Assembly: GCA_047967505.1 (NCBI GenBank)
Contig: CM106538.1
Origin: Dipteris shenzhenensis
Taxonomy: Eukaryota
DNA length: 64,000 nucleotides
Direction: 5' to 3' (one strand)
In this document: positions 25,545 to 38,292 of the stretch, piece by piece
Position numbering within the stretch: position 1 is the stretch's first letter
Layout: every line of letters begins with the position of its first letter
Notes under the pieces: model-generated
What the model was told of the DNA's origin: nothing
What the model saw: the letters and a program-made list of their open reading frames with translations, nothing else
Databases searched by the model: none
Program-made: the position numbers and the translations under genes

Positions 25545-25620
25545 TAGTGCCATTGCTGGGGATCGAACCCGGGTCACCCGTATGACAAGTGGGTATACTC
25601 ACCACTATACTACAACTAAC
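25545..25620 (-). tRNA. trnD-GUC: tRNA-Asp(GUC)-derived copy (probable pseudogene) extending through the CCA position
   Basis: Minus strand GTTAGTTGTAGTATAGTGGTGAGTATACCCACTTGTCATACGGGTGACCCGGGTTCGATCCCCAGCAATGGCACTA aligns over its full length to plant cytosolic tRNA-Asp+CCA; anticodon GTC at 25584-25586; A and B boxes intact; differences mostly C>T/G>A. Confidence 0.9.
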
Positions 25621-25717
25621 ATTGTCGATATATCTGTAGGTGACAAAAAGCCTCAGAACCCTGCATACTGAGAATACCCAGATCTTCCTACAAAAGCAGT
25701 AGGAAAGAACCAACATT

Positions 25718-25735
25718 TGGCACCGTTGCCAGGGA
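25718..25735 (+). promoter_or_regulatory. Primer binding site (tRNA-Asp)
   Basis: TGGCACCGTTGCCAGGGA vs TGGCGCCGTTGCCGGGGA, 2 nt after ...CCAACA. Confidence 0.85.
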
Positions 25736-26369
25736 GACTAGCGTCTTAAGTAGCGAGTAAACATACACAAGTATGTGTAGAAAAATAAACTACTTCAAAC
25801 GTTCACCAACGTAACACTCAAGGGCAAGGAGAGTAATTTTTTTTTTTCATTTCTAGCCAAACATATCTATACCAAGCATCAACCTTGGGTTACTACCTTA
25901 AGAAATTTTCTTTATTTCTTAAATAGAAGCCACATGATAAACAATCAGGCTAGGTAGTGGACATGACTACATAGAGCTTGCAATTTTGATCATTTCACCT
26001 TTTTGCAGAAGAGCAAACCGAGCTTTCTATAAAGAGTTAGGGCTCGGGAAGAGTTTAGGGTTTAACCCTAAACCTAAACTCATTTCCTATAAAAACCCAC
26101 TCCACCCCCTCATTCTTCATCTTTCACATTGTGCCTCCATCCTCCTCTTCATTCCAAGCCCTACGCAAGACACTCCTCCCTCTCCATCGACCACCACCTT
26201 ACTCCCATCCTCACATTGTAAGTGACTTCAAGCCCATCTCGCAGTGATAACCTAGCCATCCACCCACCGTCCATTGTTCTTCAACAATCCCGTAACATCG
26301 ACAAAGACTTGGAGAGTGTTCAGGTGACCACCTCTTCCTCCCTTTGGATTTCTATCCGTCAAGGTTTTT

Positions 26370-27036
26370 TCTTCTCTCTTTTTTCCCCCCCCTCCCATTT
26401 CCACCACCCCCCTCCCATTTCCACCACCTCCCCCCTCCAGCTCCCCCTTCCCCCCTCCATCTCCACCACCCCCTCCCCCCCTCCATCTCCTCCCCCCCTC
26501 CATCTCCACCACCCCCTCCCCCTTCCCCCTTTCCCCCCTCCATCTCCATCTCCCCCTCCCCCTTCCCCCTTTCCCCCCTCTAGCTCCCCCTCCATCTCCA
26601 TCTCCCCCTCCCCCCCTCCATCTCCACCACCCCCTCCCCCCCTCCATCTCCACCTCCCCCTCCCCCTTCCCCCTTTCCCCCCTCCATCTCCCCCTCCATC
26701 TCCATCTCCCCCTCCCCCTTCCCCCTTTCCCCCCTCCATCTCCCCCTCCCCCCCTCCCCCCTCCATCTCCACCACCAACCCCCTCCCCCCCTTCCATCTC
26801 TACCTCCCCCTCCCCCTTCCCCCTTTCCCCCCTCCATCTCCCCCTCCTCCCCTCCCCCCTCCATCTCCACCACCCCCTCCCCCTCCACCACCCCCCTCCA
26901 CCACCACCCCCTCCCCTTTTCCCTCTTTCTCTCTCTTTCCCTCCTCCTCTCTCTCTCTCTCTATTTCTCTCTCCCTCCCTCTCTCTTTCCCTCCCCCTCT
27001 CTCTTTCTTTCTCTCTCTTTCGCTCTGTATCCCCCT

Positions 27037-27100
<64 letters not shown>

Positions 27101-27150
27101 TTCCCTCCCCATCTCTCTTTCTTTCTCTCTCTCACTCTCTCTCTTTTCCT

Positions 27151-27211
<61 letters not shown>

Positions 27212-27250
27212 ACTCACTCACTCACACTCTCTCTCTCTCTACCCCCCCTC
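26370..27250. repeat. C-rich low-complexity minisatellite and (CT)n tracts in the gypsy leader
   Basis: Repeated CCCCCTTCCCCCTTTCCCCCCTCCATCTCC units. Confidence 0.9.
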
Positions 27251-27719
27251 GCCGACTGCTCCCTACCATCTACCCTCACCCTAAGCAAGGGCCCTTAAGG
27301 CCCTTGCTATTGTTAGCGGTTGCACTTGTAGTGCCCGCCTGCATGCAGCATCGGCCAAAGGGCAGTGCAACGCTTGCCCCACCAGTGGCGGTGTCGCTCG
27401 CCCTCGCCATCTGATCGCCCCGTACGCTCGCCACCTTGCCTCCTCCCCCTAACCTCCCTCACCACCCTCCCTTCCCCCTATCGAACGCTGCCGTGATGAC
27501 ATCTCCCTCGCCCCTACACCCCTCTTCCCCCGCCCCCTCGCCCCTCCCCTCCCTTGCACTCCCCCTCCGTCCCCGTCCCCTAGCCCCTCCCGTCCCCTGC
27601 ACCCCCCCGTCGCCACCTGACGAGCGAAACTCCCCCCTTTTCCCCCCCTGCATGAAAAATCCCCCCCGACCACTGCCGCTTCATCTTCCCCCCTCACATA
27701 GTATTTAAAAATTAAAAAA

Positions 27720-28020
27720 AAACTAACCTAAACACTAAACTAACCCTAGGTTAGATTAACCTAGGTTAAGTTAGTCACACCTAGGTTAGGTTAGATTAGT
27801 CCAATTTAGTAGCTTCGGTTAGGTTAGATTAACCTAGGTTAGTTAGTCTAACTAGGTTAGTTTAACCTAGGCTAGTTACTGATAGTTAGGTTAGTCTAAC
27901 TAACTTTTAGTTAGTAACTAACTATAGTTAGTCAACTTAGTTAGGTTAACCTCCCAATTATAGTAACTGGGAGGATATAGGTTAGTTAACCTAAGTAGAT
28001 TCACTAAATTACAACCCCTT
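27720..28020. repeat. Quasi-palindromic TTAG/CTAA array
   Basis: Repeated AACCTAGGTT, TTAGTTAG, TAACTA. Confidence 0.8.
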
Positions 28021-28588
28021 AGTTGGACTTAAAGTCCATTCACACCACCCTTAGGACACTCCCCCACAAAGCAAATTTTACCCCTACTATAAACCCTTGT
28101 AACTCATCTGTTTGGGACCCAAACTGGATTTTGTTTGAACCTAGATTTCACACACAGAAACACCACGTTACAGGGTATTTTTCAAGCCCATTGCACACCA
28201 TTTCAGCATCCCTAGCACTCGTTCATTTTTGCCCCTATGTGGGCCTCGTTTCGCACAAATTCGCTCATATCTTAACGATCCGTCTGCACTGGCATAGTTT
28301 CCTAGACACGTAGGACAATATTAGTACATTGTTAACATGACAGTCCCTACACAAACTAACACCTTTCTAACCCTCCCAACAAAACTAAATCCACACCGCA
28401 CTTGTGACAGAGACAACCTTGGCAAATCTTGCCCAATCTGCATGCAGCTATGTTCCGGCCAACGCCTCCGAATCCAACGCTCGCCACATCTGCATACAAC
28501 TTCGCTGCAACCACCGCCCCTGCCAGTCCTCTTCTCTGAATCCCCCCTTGAAATTCAATCACTCCCTTTAACTCCTCCACGCCCCAAC

Positions 28589-29590
28589 ATTGCTGGATGT
28601 CATCATGACAATGATGGGGATATTAACCTCGTCGCAGAGGTTGACAGTTTCTTTAATCAAAAAAATAACAACAATCAAGGGCAACGCCCCTTGGGAAAAC
28701 TTGAACTTCCCAAATATAATGGTAGGGGAGATCCAGCCTAATTCCTCCAGCATTTTGATGCCGCATGCCGAGTAGGTGGAGATCAATCCCATGAAACCAA
28801 GGTGGCTTGGTTTCCCATGGCCTTAACTGATGAAGCCTCTGAATAGTACCTAGACCTTCTAGTGGAAGAGCGCGCCACATGGGACCTACTTCAAACAGAA
28901 TTTAAAAGACGCTTTCAAACGAAGAGGCTACAAGATGATCCCGCTCTCCAACTAAGCAAGATCGAACACGGTCAGCGAGAAGATGTATGCACATACCTGG
29001 GTAAGATGAAGAGATTAATCACCAAATGTCACCCATGCCCAGATGCAAAGTACCTCACGGCATGGTTCATAGCAGGACTAAGAAAGAAAATCCAAAAGGA
29101 TTTGAAAAAGATAAGCAGCTATGAAACATTTAGTACTGCTCATGCGGTAGCCATTAACATCGAGGATGGCATGACTAACTCAGACACTAGCAGTGATGAT
29201 GGCAGATCTAGTACACATGATAAGCTCTCAAAAAAGGGCAAATCAAAGGCCACTGCTGAAACATCAAATGAAGATCACCTAGAGGCCATGACCCTGAATC
29301 TAAAAGAAGACATGATGCAGGCCATGGAACAAAAACTTCAATTGTCTTAGCCACAAACTCAGACATATTCACGGTGAGAAAATGTCTGCTGTCCACATTG
29401 CATGGCCAATCATACAGCAAATGAGTGCTCGGTCCTAAGAGCTAGGATCACTACACAAGCGAATGCACTGCCAAGGTTGTGGTGCCATATCTGCGTCGTT
29501 GGTGGCCATGATGAGAACAATTGCATCTTCAACATGCACAATAGCCCGCCTCGACCTCAACAATACCAAGCAGCACCCATGCTAGTCTAG
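28589..29590 (+). pseudogene. gag: Gypsy gag copy 1 (gag capsid-like domain plus two Cys/His knuckles)
   Basis: LELPKYNGRGDP, AWFPMALTDEASE*Y, TWDLLQTEFKRRF, FIAGL, CHICVVGGHDENNC; in-frame stops. Confidence 0.85.
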
Positions 29591-30026
29591 GGTATTTTTC
29601 CAACCATTTGCACACCATTTTGGCATCCCTAGCACTCGTTCATTTGCACCCCTATGTGGGCCTCGTTTTGCACACATTCGATCATATCTTCACGCCGTGT
29701 CCTCCGATTAATGATCCATCTGCACCGGCACATTTCCCTACCCATGTAGGACAATCTTAGGAACTTTATTAACACGAAGGTCACTACACAAACTAACACC
29801 ACTCGAACCCTCCCAACAACACTAGATCCACACCCGCACTTGTGGCAGAGACACCCTTGGCAAATCTAGCCCAATCTGCATGCAGCTATGTTCTAGCCAA
29901 CGCCTTCGACTCTAATGATCACCACATCCACATATAACTCCGTTGCAACAACTGCCCCCGCCAATCCTCTATCCTGAATTCCCCCCTAAGATTTAACTAC
30001 CTCCTTTAACTCCTCCACACCCCAAC

Positions 30027-31080
30027 ATGGCTGGACGCCGTCATGACAATGATGGGGATATCGACCTTGATGTAGAGGCTGACAATTTCTTCAATTAAAG
30101 AAATAACAACAATCAAGGCCAACACCCCTTGGGAAAACTGGAACTTCCCAAATATAATGGTAGGGGATATCCAACCCGCTTCCTCCAGCATTTTGATGCC
30201 ACATGTCGCACAGGTGCAGTACAATCCCATGAAACCAAGGTGGCTTGGTTTCCCATGGCCTTAACTGATGAAGCGTCTGAATGGTACCTAGACCTTCTCG
30301 TGGAAGAATGTGCCACATGGGACCTACTTCAAACTGAATTCAAACGATGCTTTCAAATGGAGAGGCTACAAGATGATCCTGCTCTCCAACTCAGCAAGAT
30401 CGAAGAGAAGATGTACGCACATACCTGGGTAAGATGAAGAGATTAATCACCAAATGTGACCCATGCCTAGATGCAAAGTATCTCACGACACGGTTCATAG
30501 CAGGTCTAAGAAAAAAAATTCGAAAGGATATGAAAACGATAAGCAGCTATGAAACATTTAGTACTGCTCATGCAGCAGCCATTGACATCGAGGATGGCAT
30601 GACCGACTCAGACACTAGCAGTGATGACGGCAGATCTAATACACGAGATAAGCGCTTGCGAAAGGATAAATCAAAGGACACTGCCAAAACATCAAATGAA
30701 GATTGCCTAGAGGCCATGACCATGAAGCTGAAAGAAGACAATATGCAGGCCATGGAACAAAAACTTCACTTGTATCAACTGCCAACTTAGACATGTACAT
30801 GGCGAGAAAATGTCTGGTGTCCACACTGCATGGCAAATCATACAGCAAATGAGTGCCCGGTCCTCAAAGCCAGGATCACTGCACAAGCAAATCCACCGCC
30901 AAGGTTGTGGTGCCATATCTGCATCGTCGGCAGCCATGATGAGAATAGTTGCATCTTCAACATGCACAACACCCTGCCTCGACCTCAACAATACCAAGCG
31001 GCACCCATGCCAATATATAGGCAACTGGCACTTGCACAAGCACCCCTAGCTCCGAGACTAAATCTTGTTTCCATTTAGAC
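30027..31080 (+). pseudogene. gag: Gypsy gag copy 2
   Basis: Tandem paralogue of copy 1; CPHCMANHTANEC and CHICIVGSHDENSC. Confidence 0.85.
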
Positions 31081-32119
31081 ACAAGTCCCACAAGTACTCA
31101 GGAATCCAAATCCACGACCATATCCAAGAGCACCAAATCTAGCTCCTCAGGCAGTTCCAATACATCAATTACAAGCCGAGGAAGTAGACTTGTTATTCGA
31201 GTATGAATCATAGTACCTATTGTACTATGTAGAAGGTGCAGAGGGTCTAATACCAGTTTATGCAAATCAAGTACGACCCAACACATTTCGAGCACCAAGT
31301 GCTACGGTTGTGGAGAAAATCATCGGATTGCAGAGTGCCCTCATCATGGTAGCTGAGCTACTTTCCAACCACTTTGCAGAGATTGTGGCAAAGGACATGC
31401 CTGTATGGATTGTCCCATGAAAAATAAGATCCCAGAACAAACAGAGGTTAAGCCTGACATCCCCATCGGCATCATTGGGTGGATCATCAAAGTCTGGGTC
31501 CAGTAAGTGTAACATCACAACCTATAAATATAATTACACGCCAACAAAAAGAGGCCACCAAGGACCCTAACATTCCAATCCAACCAAAATGACTTTTGAA
31601 AAAGAACATGTAGAAAGAGAATGTGTTACAACTTCTACATGTAGAAAGAGAATGTGTTACAACTTTGTGATTGAACTTTGTGTTACAACTTTGTGTTACA
31701 ACTTTGTGTTACAACTTTGTGATACAACTTTGTGTTACAATTCCTACATGCAGAGAGAGAAGCTCTCCAACTTGTATAAATACCCCATAATGGAATGAAG
31801 CCCACACTCATTGGGGCATTGTGTTGAGTCTACTTTGGTATTCCAAGCATTTGTCTCAAGTGTCCATGCTTCCTTGCACTCCACGTCCAAAAGCATGTCC
31901 TAACCTTGCAACTCCTCCTCCGCTCTCCTCCAACCTTGCAACCCATCCTCTCCCTCTCCTCCTCCCTCCTCCTCCTCCCTCCTCCTCCTCCTCCTCCTCC
32001 TCCTCTCTCCTCCTCCTCCATCCTCCTCCTCCCTCCTCTCTCTTCTTTTCCCCATGCTCTTACACCTTCTTCCTCTCCCACTCCTATGCTTCCCCTAAAC
32101 CCTTTGTTCCTCAACCCTT

Positions 32120-32615
32120 GTAGGAGATCAGTGACAGGTTACTGTTTCTCATTTGGATCTGGAGCTGTGTCATGGGTCAGGAAGAAGCAACTCACAGTTG
32201 CTCTTTCGTCTACTGAGGCTGAGTACAAATCAGCATGCTTTGCTTCTTGCGAGGCAGTGTGGTTGAGAAGGATTTTAGGGGACATGGGTGTAGTGCAGAA
32301 CATGCCTACATAGTTATCATGTGACAATCAGAGTTGCATGGCGATTGCAAAGAACCCTGTGTTCCACGATCGCCTAAAATACATTGAGATTCAATATCAC
32401 TTTGTACGTGAGCGGATGGAGAGGTTGACTTGGTGTACTGTCCGACTACAGAGAATGCTGCGGAGATCTTCATGAAGGCTCTTGGAAAAGACTTGCTGGA
32501 GAGGCATCTTCATCGACTTGGCATTGGACCAAAAAAGTAAGTTCACTTGTGGGTGGACATTGAGGGGGGTGTTAGATATCAATGCTCCACTCTCACGTAA
32601 CTATGCAAGAACCAG
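32120..32615 (+). mobile_element. Copia RNase H 3' fragment with PPT and start of an LTR (32570)
   Basis: GAVSWVRKKQLTVALSSTEAEY..; GAGGGGGG then TGTTAG. Confidence 0.85.
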
Positions 32616-32617
32616 CT

Positions 32618-35600
32618 AACTTGTCACAACACTAGCAACAGAATCTACATCGAGACATTGCCCGAGCTCAAGCAGAATGGGATAAGAAAGACAAGTACGC
32701 CTATCATCTGATTAAACAGAATGTGCAAGATGTCATGCTAGGACAACTCAACACAGTCAAGACATCAAAAGAAGCATGGGATATGTTTGTAGCTCTCTAC
32801 GAGTCCAAGAACACATCCAAGATTCTCACCCTGAGAAACCAGATCAACTAGAGTTTTCACAACAGCAGTGAGACCGGTCATGCTTATGTACTCTGCATAA
32901 AAGACTACAACAATAAACTTGTAGTAGCAGGAGAGACTATGAACGCCACAGAAATGGTTCAAGTGATCCTGAATGGACTAGGAGAGGGATACGAGAATCT
33001 AGTCCAGAGTATTGCCATCCAATGGCAAATTTCGACACTGGAAGTACTTTAGTCAATCCTACTTGGTGAAGAACTTAGGACTCAGGCAATTCAAGCACAT
33101 AAAGGTCATTCTAATGATCAGGCATTCACAGCTTCAGACAAAAGTAGAGGCAAAGGCAAAGGCAGAGGTAGAACGTATCAGAAAAGTGGTCATCATCAGT
33201 AACAAAATCAAAGTCAGCATCAACATCAGCATCAGCATCATCCTCAGCAACATCAGAATCAGCAAACAGGAAATCATTCCAACCGAGGAAGATTCCAAGG
33301 ACGAGGGAATGCATCCACCAATGTGTCAAACATTCACTGCAACTACTGTCACAAGTTTGGACACTATGAAAGAGATTGCTACAAGAAGCAATACGACCAA
33401 GGCGGTCAATCCAGCAGCAATCGAGGGAATTCTCGAGGCAGAGGAAATCATCATGGTGGACATTTTAGTCACAGTCATTTTGCAAATGAACATGGGAATA
33501 TGTTTCTTGCAAGCGAGAAATTGCAACAGACTGATACACTGTACCTAGACATTGATTTCAATCCCAAAGAGTATTACAGCTATCAAGTCGACCAAGTGGA
33601 ACAGGATCCTTGGTACATCAACAGCAGTGCATCATCTCACATGACAAATCATCAGGAATGGTTCACAGAGATGAAACCATTAGAAGGATAGAAAAATGTC
33701 ATCTACACAGCAGACAATACACCGAATCCAATTCAAGGGACGAGTGTTATCCCTATGAACAACTTCATTGGTACAAAAGGATTAGTGAAATATGTGCTCT
33801 ATGTTTCAAAGCTCAGTAACTTTTTCAGTAGGTCAAATGACAGAAGACAATTACAAAGTCATCTTCGATGGTGATGAATGCACTATCAGAGACAAATCCA
33901 AAAGATGTCAGCTAGTAGCAAAAGGTCTCAAGGAAGGACCCTAATACATAATGCTAGCTACAGTACCAGATAAGCATGCCATGTCAGCTCAACTGCAACA
34001 GATGCCACTATCTGCAAAATGGCACAAGAGATATGGTCATGTCAATTTCAAGTACTTGTTAGATCTTAGGAATCAGAATATGGCAATTGGGATTCCGAAG
34101 CTACAGTTTCTTGGGAAAGTTTGCGAAGCATGCTGCTTCGGCAAACAAAAGTGAACCAACTTTGTTAGAAGTACCTCTCATGCATGAGGTATTCGTGATT
34201 TGATACATACAGATGTATGGGGTTATGCCCAGACCTGCAGCATCAATGGTTCACTTTACTACTTGACTTTCATCGATGACTACAGCAGATATTGTTGGGT
34301 CTACTTTTTGAAAGAGAAATTTGAAGTGTTTTCCAGATTTCAAGAATTCAAAGCCATGGTAGAAAAATAGATAGGCAAAAAGATCAAGGTCACGAGATCA
34401 GATAGAGGAGGTGAATACATGTCTTCATCATTCATGAACTTTTGCAGAAATCATGGCATTCGAAGACAATTCAAATGTGTAGATACTCCTCAGCAGAATG
34501 CAAGAGCTGAAAGGAAGAATGGCACTTTAGCAGACAGTGCTAGAGCAATGCTTGGTGAAAAGCATCTTTTGAATCAGTATTAGGCAGAAGCAATAGCTAT
34601 AGCAAACTATTTACTTAATCGGCTTCCTACTGAACCGATACAGGGTATGACTCCTTATGAAGCATTCACTGGACAAAAGCCACACATTGGGCATCTCCGC
34701 ATATTTGGTTGCATAGCATATGCTCACATACATGATGATCATCGCAGGAAATTAGATGCAAAGTCACGCAAATGCATCATGGTTGGCTACAGTGAAGAAA
34801 GCAAAGCATACAAATTGTATGATCCCATCAACCGCAAAGTCATTATCTCTAAAGATGTAATCTTTGATGAGGAATTAGAATGGAAAACCTCACCTAAATA
34901 GGAGATAGAAGCTTCGACTTCACAATCATCTACAAAACAGGTTGATGATGAAGAGCAAGAATTGCCAACAACACACCAAGCAGACTCGCAGTAGCTCAGA
35001 CGGTCTACTAGGGAAAGCAGACCTCCAGCCAGATTGACATATGCTCAGAAAGGCAAAGCAATTCAGGTGGAAACCACCAACTATGCTCTTATGACTACCA
35101 TCATGGCTATAGAAGAGCCAGTGTACTTCGAAGATGCAGTACACAAGCTAGAATAGCAAACTGCTATGAATGAAGAAATGGATGCTTTGTATAAGAATAA
35201 TACTTGGGAATTATGTGACCTTCCACCAGGAAAGAAGGCCATAGCAAACAAATGGGTATACAAAGTGAAGTACAATCCAGATGGAAGTATTCAAAGATAC
35301 GAAGCCAGACTAGTTGCAAAAGGATTTGCACAACAATATGGTCGAGACTATGATGAGACTAATGCTCTAGTAGCAAAGATGGATTCCATATGGTTCTTGA
35401 TATCACTAGCAACACTCAACAAATGGAATGTGTATCAGCTCGACGTCAAGAATGCATTTCTCAATGGTTATCTAGACAAGGAAGTCTACATGCAACAACC
35501 AGTAGGTTATGTTGAATCAAGAAAGGAGAATAAGGTTTGCCATCTTAAGAAAAGTCTCTATGGCTTAAAACAAGCCCCCAAACATTGTACAGTAGAATCG

Positions 35601-38024
35601 ACAAATATTTTGCTGATCTGGGATACATGAAGTCCAATGTAGATCATACTCTCTGCTCCAAAGTTCAAGAGGAAGACATTACTATTGCACTTTTGTACGT
35701 AGATGATCTGATTGTGACAGAAAGCAAGGATAGCTTCATCAAAAAATTGAAACAAGAATTATCTGCAAAGTTCGACATGAAAGATCTTGGACTTATGCAC
35801 TATTGTCTTGGAATTGAGTTCTGGAGAGATTCAGATAGCACATTCATGAGTCAGCTCAAGTATGTTGATAGTCTCCTAAAAGGGTTTGTATATATTCTAT
35901 TTTTTGAACTATATCTAGTGTACTTTAGTCATTTGTGGTGTGCTCTCTAGCTGTGCCCTCTCTCCTCATCTCCACTCTTCTCCTCTCCCCTCTTCATATT
36001 TTGTCATACTAGCCAGAGGATGTGCATTTGGAAAGCAGACCTCCAGCCAGATTGACATATGCTAAGAAAGGCAAAGCAATTCAGGTGGAAACCACCAACT
36101 ATGCTCTTATGACTACCATCATGGCTACAGAAGAGCCAGTGTACTTCGAAGATGTAGTAGACAAGCCAAAATGGCAAACTGCTATGAATGAAGAAATGGA
36201 TGCTTTGTATAAAAATAACACTTGGGAATTATGCGACCTTCCACCAGGAAAGAAGGCCATAACCAACAAATGGGTATACAAAGTGAAGTACAATCCAAAT
36301 GGAAGTATTCAGAGATATAAAGCCTGATTAGTTGCAAAAGGATTTGCACAACAATATGGTCAAGACTATGATGAGACTTATGCTCCAGTAGCAAAGATGG
36401 ATTCCATATGGTTGTTGATATCAGTAGTGACACTCAGCAAATGGAATGTGTATCAGCTCGATGTCAAGAATGCATTTCTCAATGGTTATCTAGATGAGGA
36501 AGTCTACATGCAACAACCAGCAGGTTATGTTGAACCAGGAAAGGAGAATAAGGTTTGCCATCTCAAGAAAAGTCTCTACGGCTTAAAACAAGCACCCAGA
36601 AGTTGGTACAGCAGAATTGACAAGTATTTTCCTGATCTGGGATACAAGAAATCCAATGCAGATCATACTCTCTACTACAAAGTTCAAGGGGAAGACATTA
36701 CTATTGCACTTTTGTACGTAGATGATCTGATTGTGATAGGAAGCAAGGATAGCTTCATCAAAAAATTGAAACAAGACTTATTTGTAGAGTTCGACATGAA
36801 AGATCTTGGACTTATGCACTATTGTCTTGGAATTGAGTTCTGGAGAGATTCAGATAGCACATTCATGAGTCAGCTCAAGTATCTTGACAGTCTCCTGAAG
36901 AAGTTTCATATGGGAGATTGCAAGATTGCAGCCACTCCCATGGAACAAAGTTTGAAACTTACTAAAGATTCAGAAAATCCTACAGTCAATGATAGATACT
37001 ACAGGCAGCTCATCGGATCTCTTATATATCTAACAATCACATGGCTAGATATTTGTTATGCAGTAAGCTCACTAGCATAGTTTATGGCAAATCCAAAATA
37101 GTCTCACTGGAATGCAGCCAAAAGAGTCTTGAGATACATCAGAGGTACAAGACAGTTTGGGATAGAATACAGAGGAAGTCATCCACCGTTGCATGGATAC
37201 TATGACAGTGACTATGTTGGAGATCATGAGACCAAGAGATCGACACAGGGATATGCATTTTTCCTTGGTCAAGGTGCTATATCATGGTTGTCAAACAAAC
37301 AACCAACTGTTTCTTTGTCTTTGACTAAAGAAGAATATAGAGCACTCACTACAGGTGCATGTGAGGCTATACGACTCAGAAGACTATTGTCAAGAACGGA
37401 TTACTTTGATGAGTCAAGGCCAACAACAATATACTGTGATAATCAATTGGCTCAAACATTGGCCAAAAATCTAGTATTTCACTCCAGGACAAAGCACATT
37501 GATGTTAGAGAGCACTTCATCAGAGAAAGAGTGTTACTTGGTGACATCACACTGCAGCATTGTGATAGCAAAGAGAATGTTGCAGACATCTTTACCAAAC
37601 CACTCGGTAAAGACCTATTCGAGAAACACCAACTAGGACGCAGAGGAAGGACATTCCCATTAAAGGGGTGTGATGGAATGTAATGCTCAGTCCTTCTTCG
37701 ATTCCCCAAAATTATCATCTTGAGGGAAGGCCTACTTCATGATGTTGATCTTGAGGGAAGGTGTTGAGAGTTCACGCTCAACATCATGTGATCATGTGTG
37801 CATAGCACCATCACGTGATCATATGTGCATAGCACTAACATTATAGAGTGCTATAAAGGAAAGGGTTTGATTCCCTAACCCTAACCCTAACCCTAAAAGG
37901 GTTTGTATATATTCTATTTTTTGAACTAAATCTAGTGTACAGTTAGTCATTTGTGGTGTGCTCTCTAGTTGTGCCCTCTCTCCTCATCTCCACTCTTCTC
38001 CTCTCCCCTCTTCATATTTTGTCA
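32618..38024 (+). mobile_element. Copia family B, 5'-truncated, with internal tandem duplication; 3' LTR 37762-38024
   Basis: gag, CNYCHKFGHYERDC, WYINSSASSHMT, IN, RT twice, RH; partial LTR 35881-36006. Confidence 0.92.
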
Positions 38025-38292
38025 TACTAGCCAAAGGATGTGCATTTGAATGTCTATACTTTGCTTTGCATATGTGCAAATCCTAGATTTTGAGATATTA
38101 TGTGTTGTGTCTCTTTTGCAATTATCCCAAAATATGCTTCGTTGATGATATCATCGACCGAGCACGCACTCCGTCGTTGATACATCGATGGAGCGATTGA
38201 CACAAGCAAAAACCCCCAAAATTTTATTGTATTTTTTGCATCGATAATATCATTTACACTCATTAGGTCAATGATGTCCTCGACCAAGGACT

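Larger units (their letters stand above)
21990..32118 (+). mobile_element. Ty3/gypsy-type (Athila-like PBS) non-autonomous element: long 5' LTR ending 25715, tRNA-Asp PBS, duplicated gag, partial 3' LTR; left boundary uncertain
   Basis: ...CCAACA-TT-TGGCACCGTTGCCAGGGA (PBS 25718-25735); gypsy-type gag; 24431-25000 repeated at 31605-32118. Confidence 0.72.

Noticed and set aside
25545-25620. Ordinary functional host tRNA gene
   Set aside because: It sits at the PBS register, includes the CCA position and carries stem-disrupting transitions
26222-27298. 358-aa Pro-rich extensin-like ORF (and similar ORFs at 2312-3481, 24584-25078, 59259-59882)
   Set aside because: Open frames arise from stop-free C/T low-complexity DNA and are open on both strands
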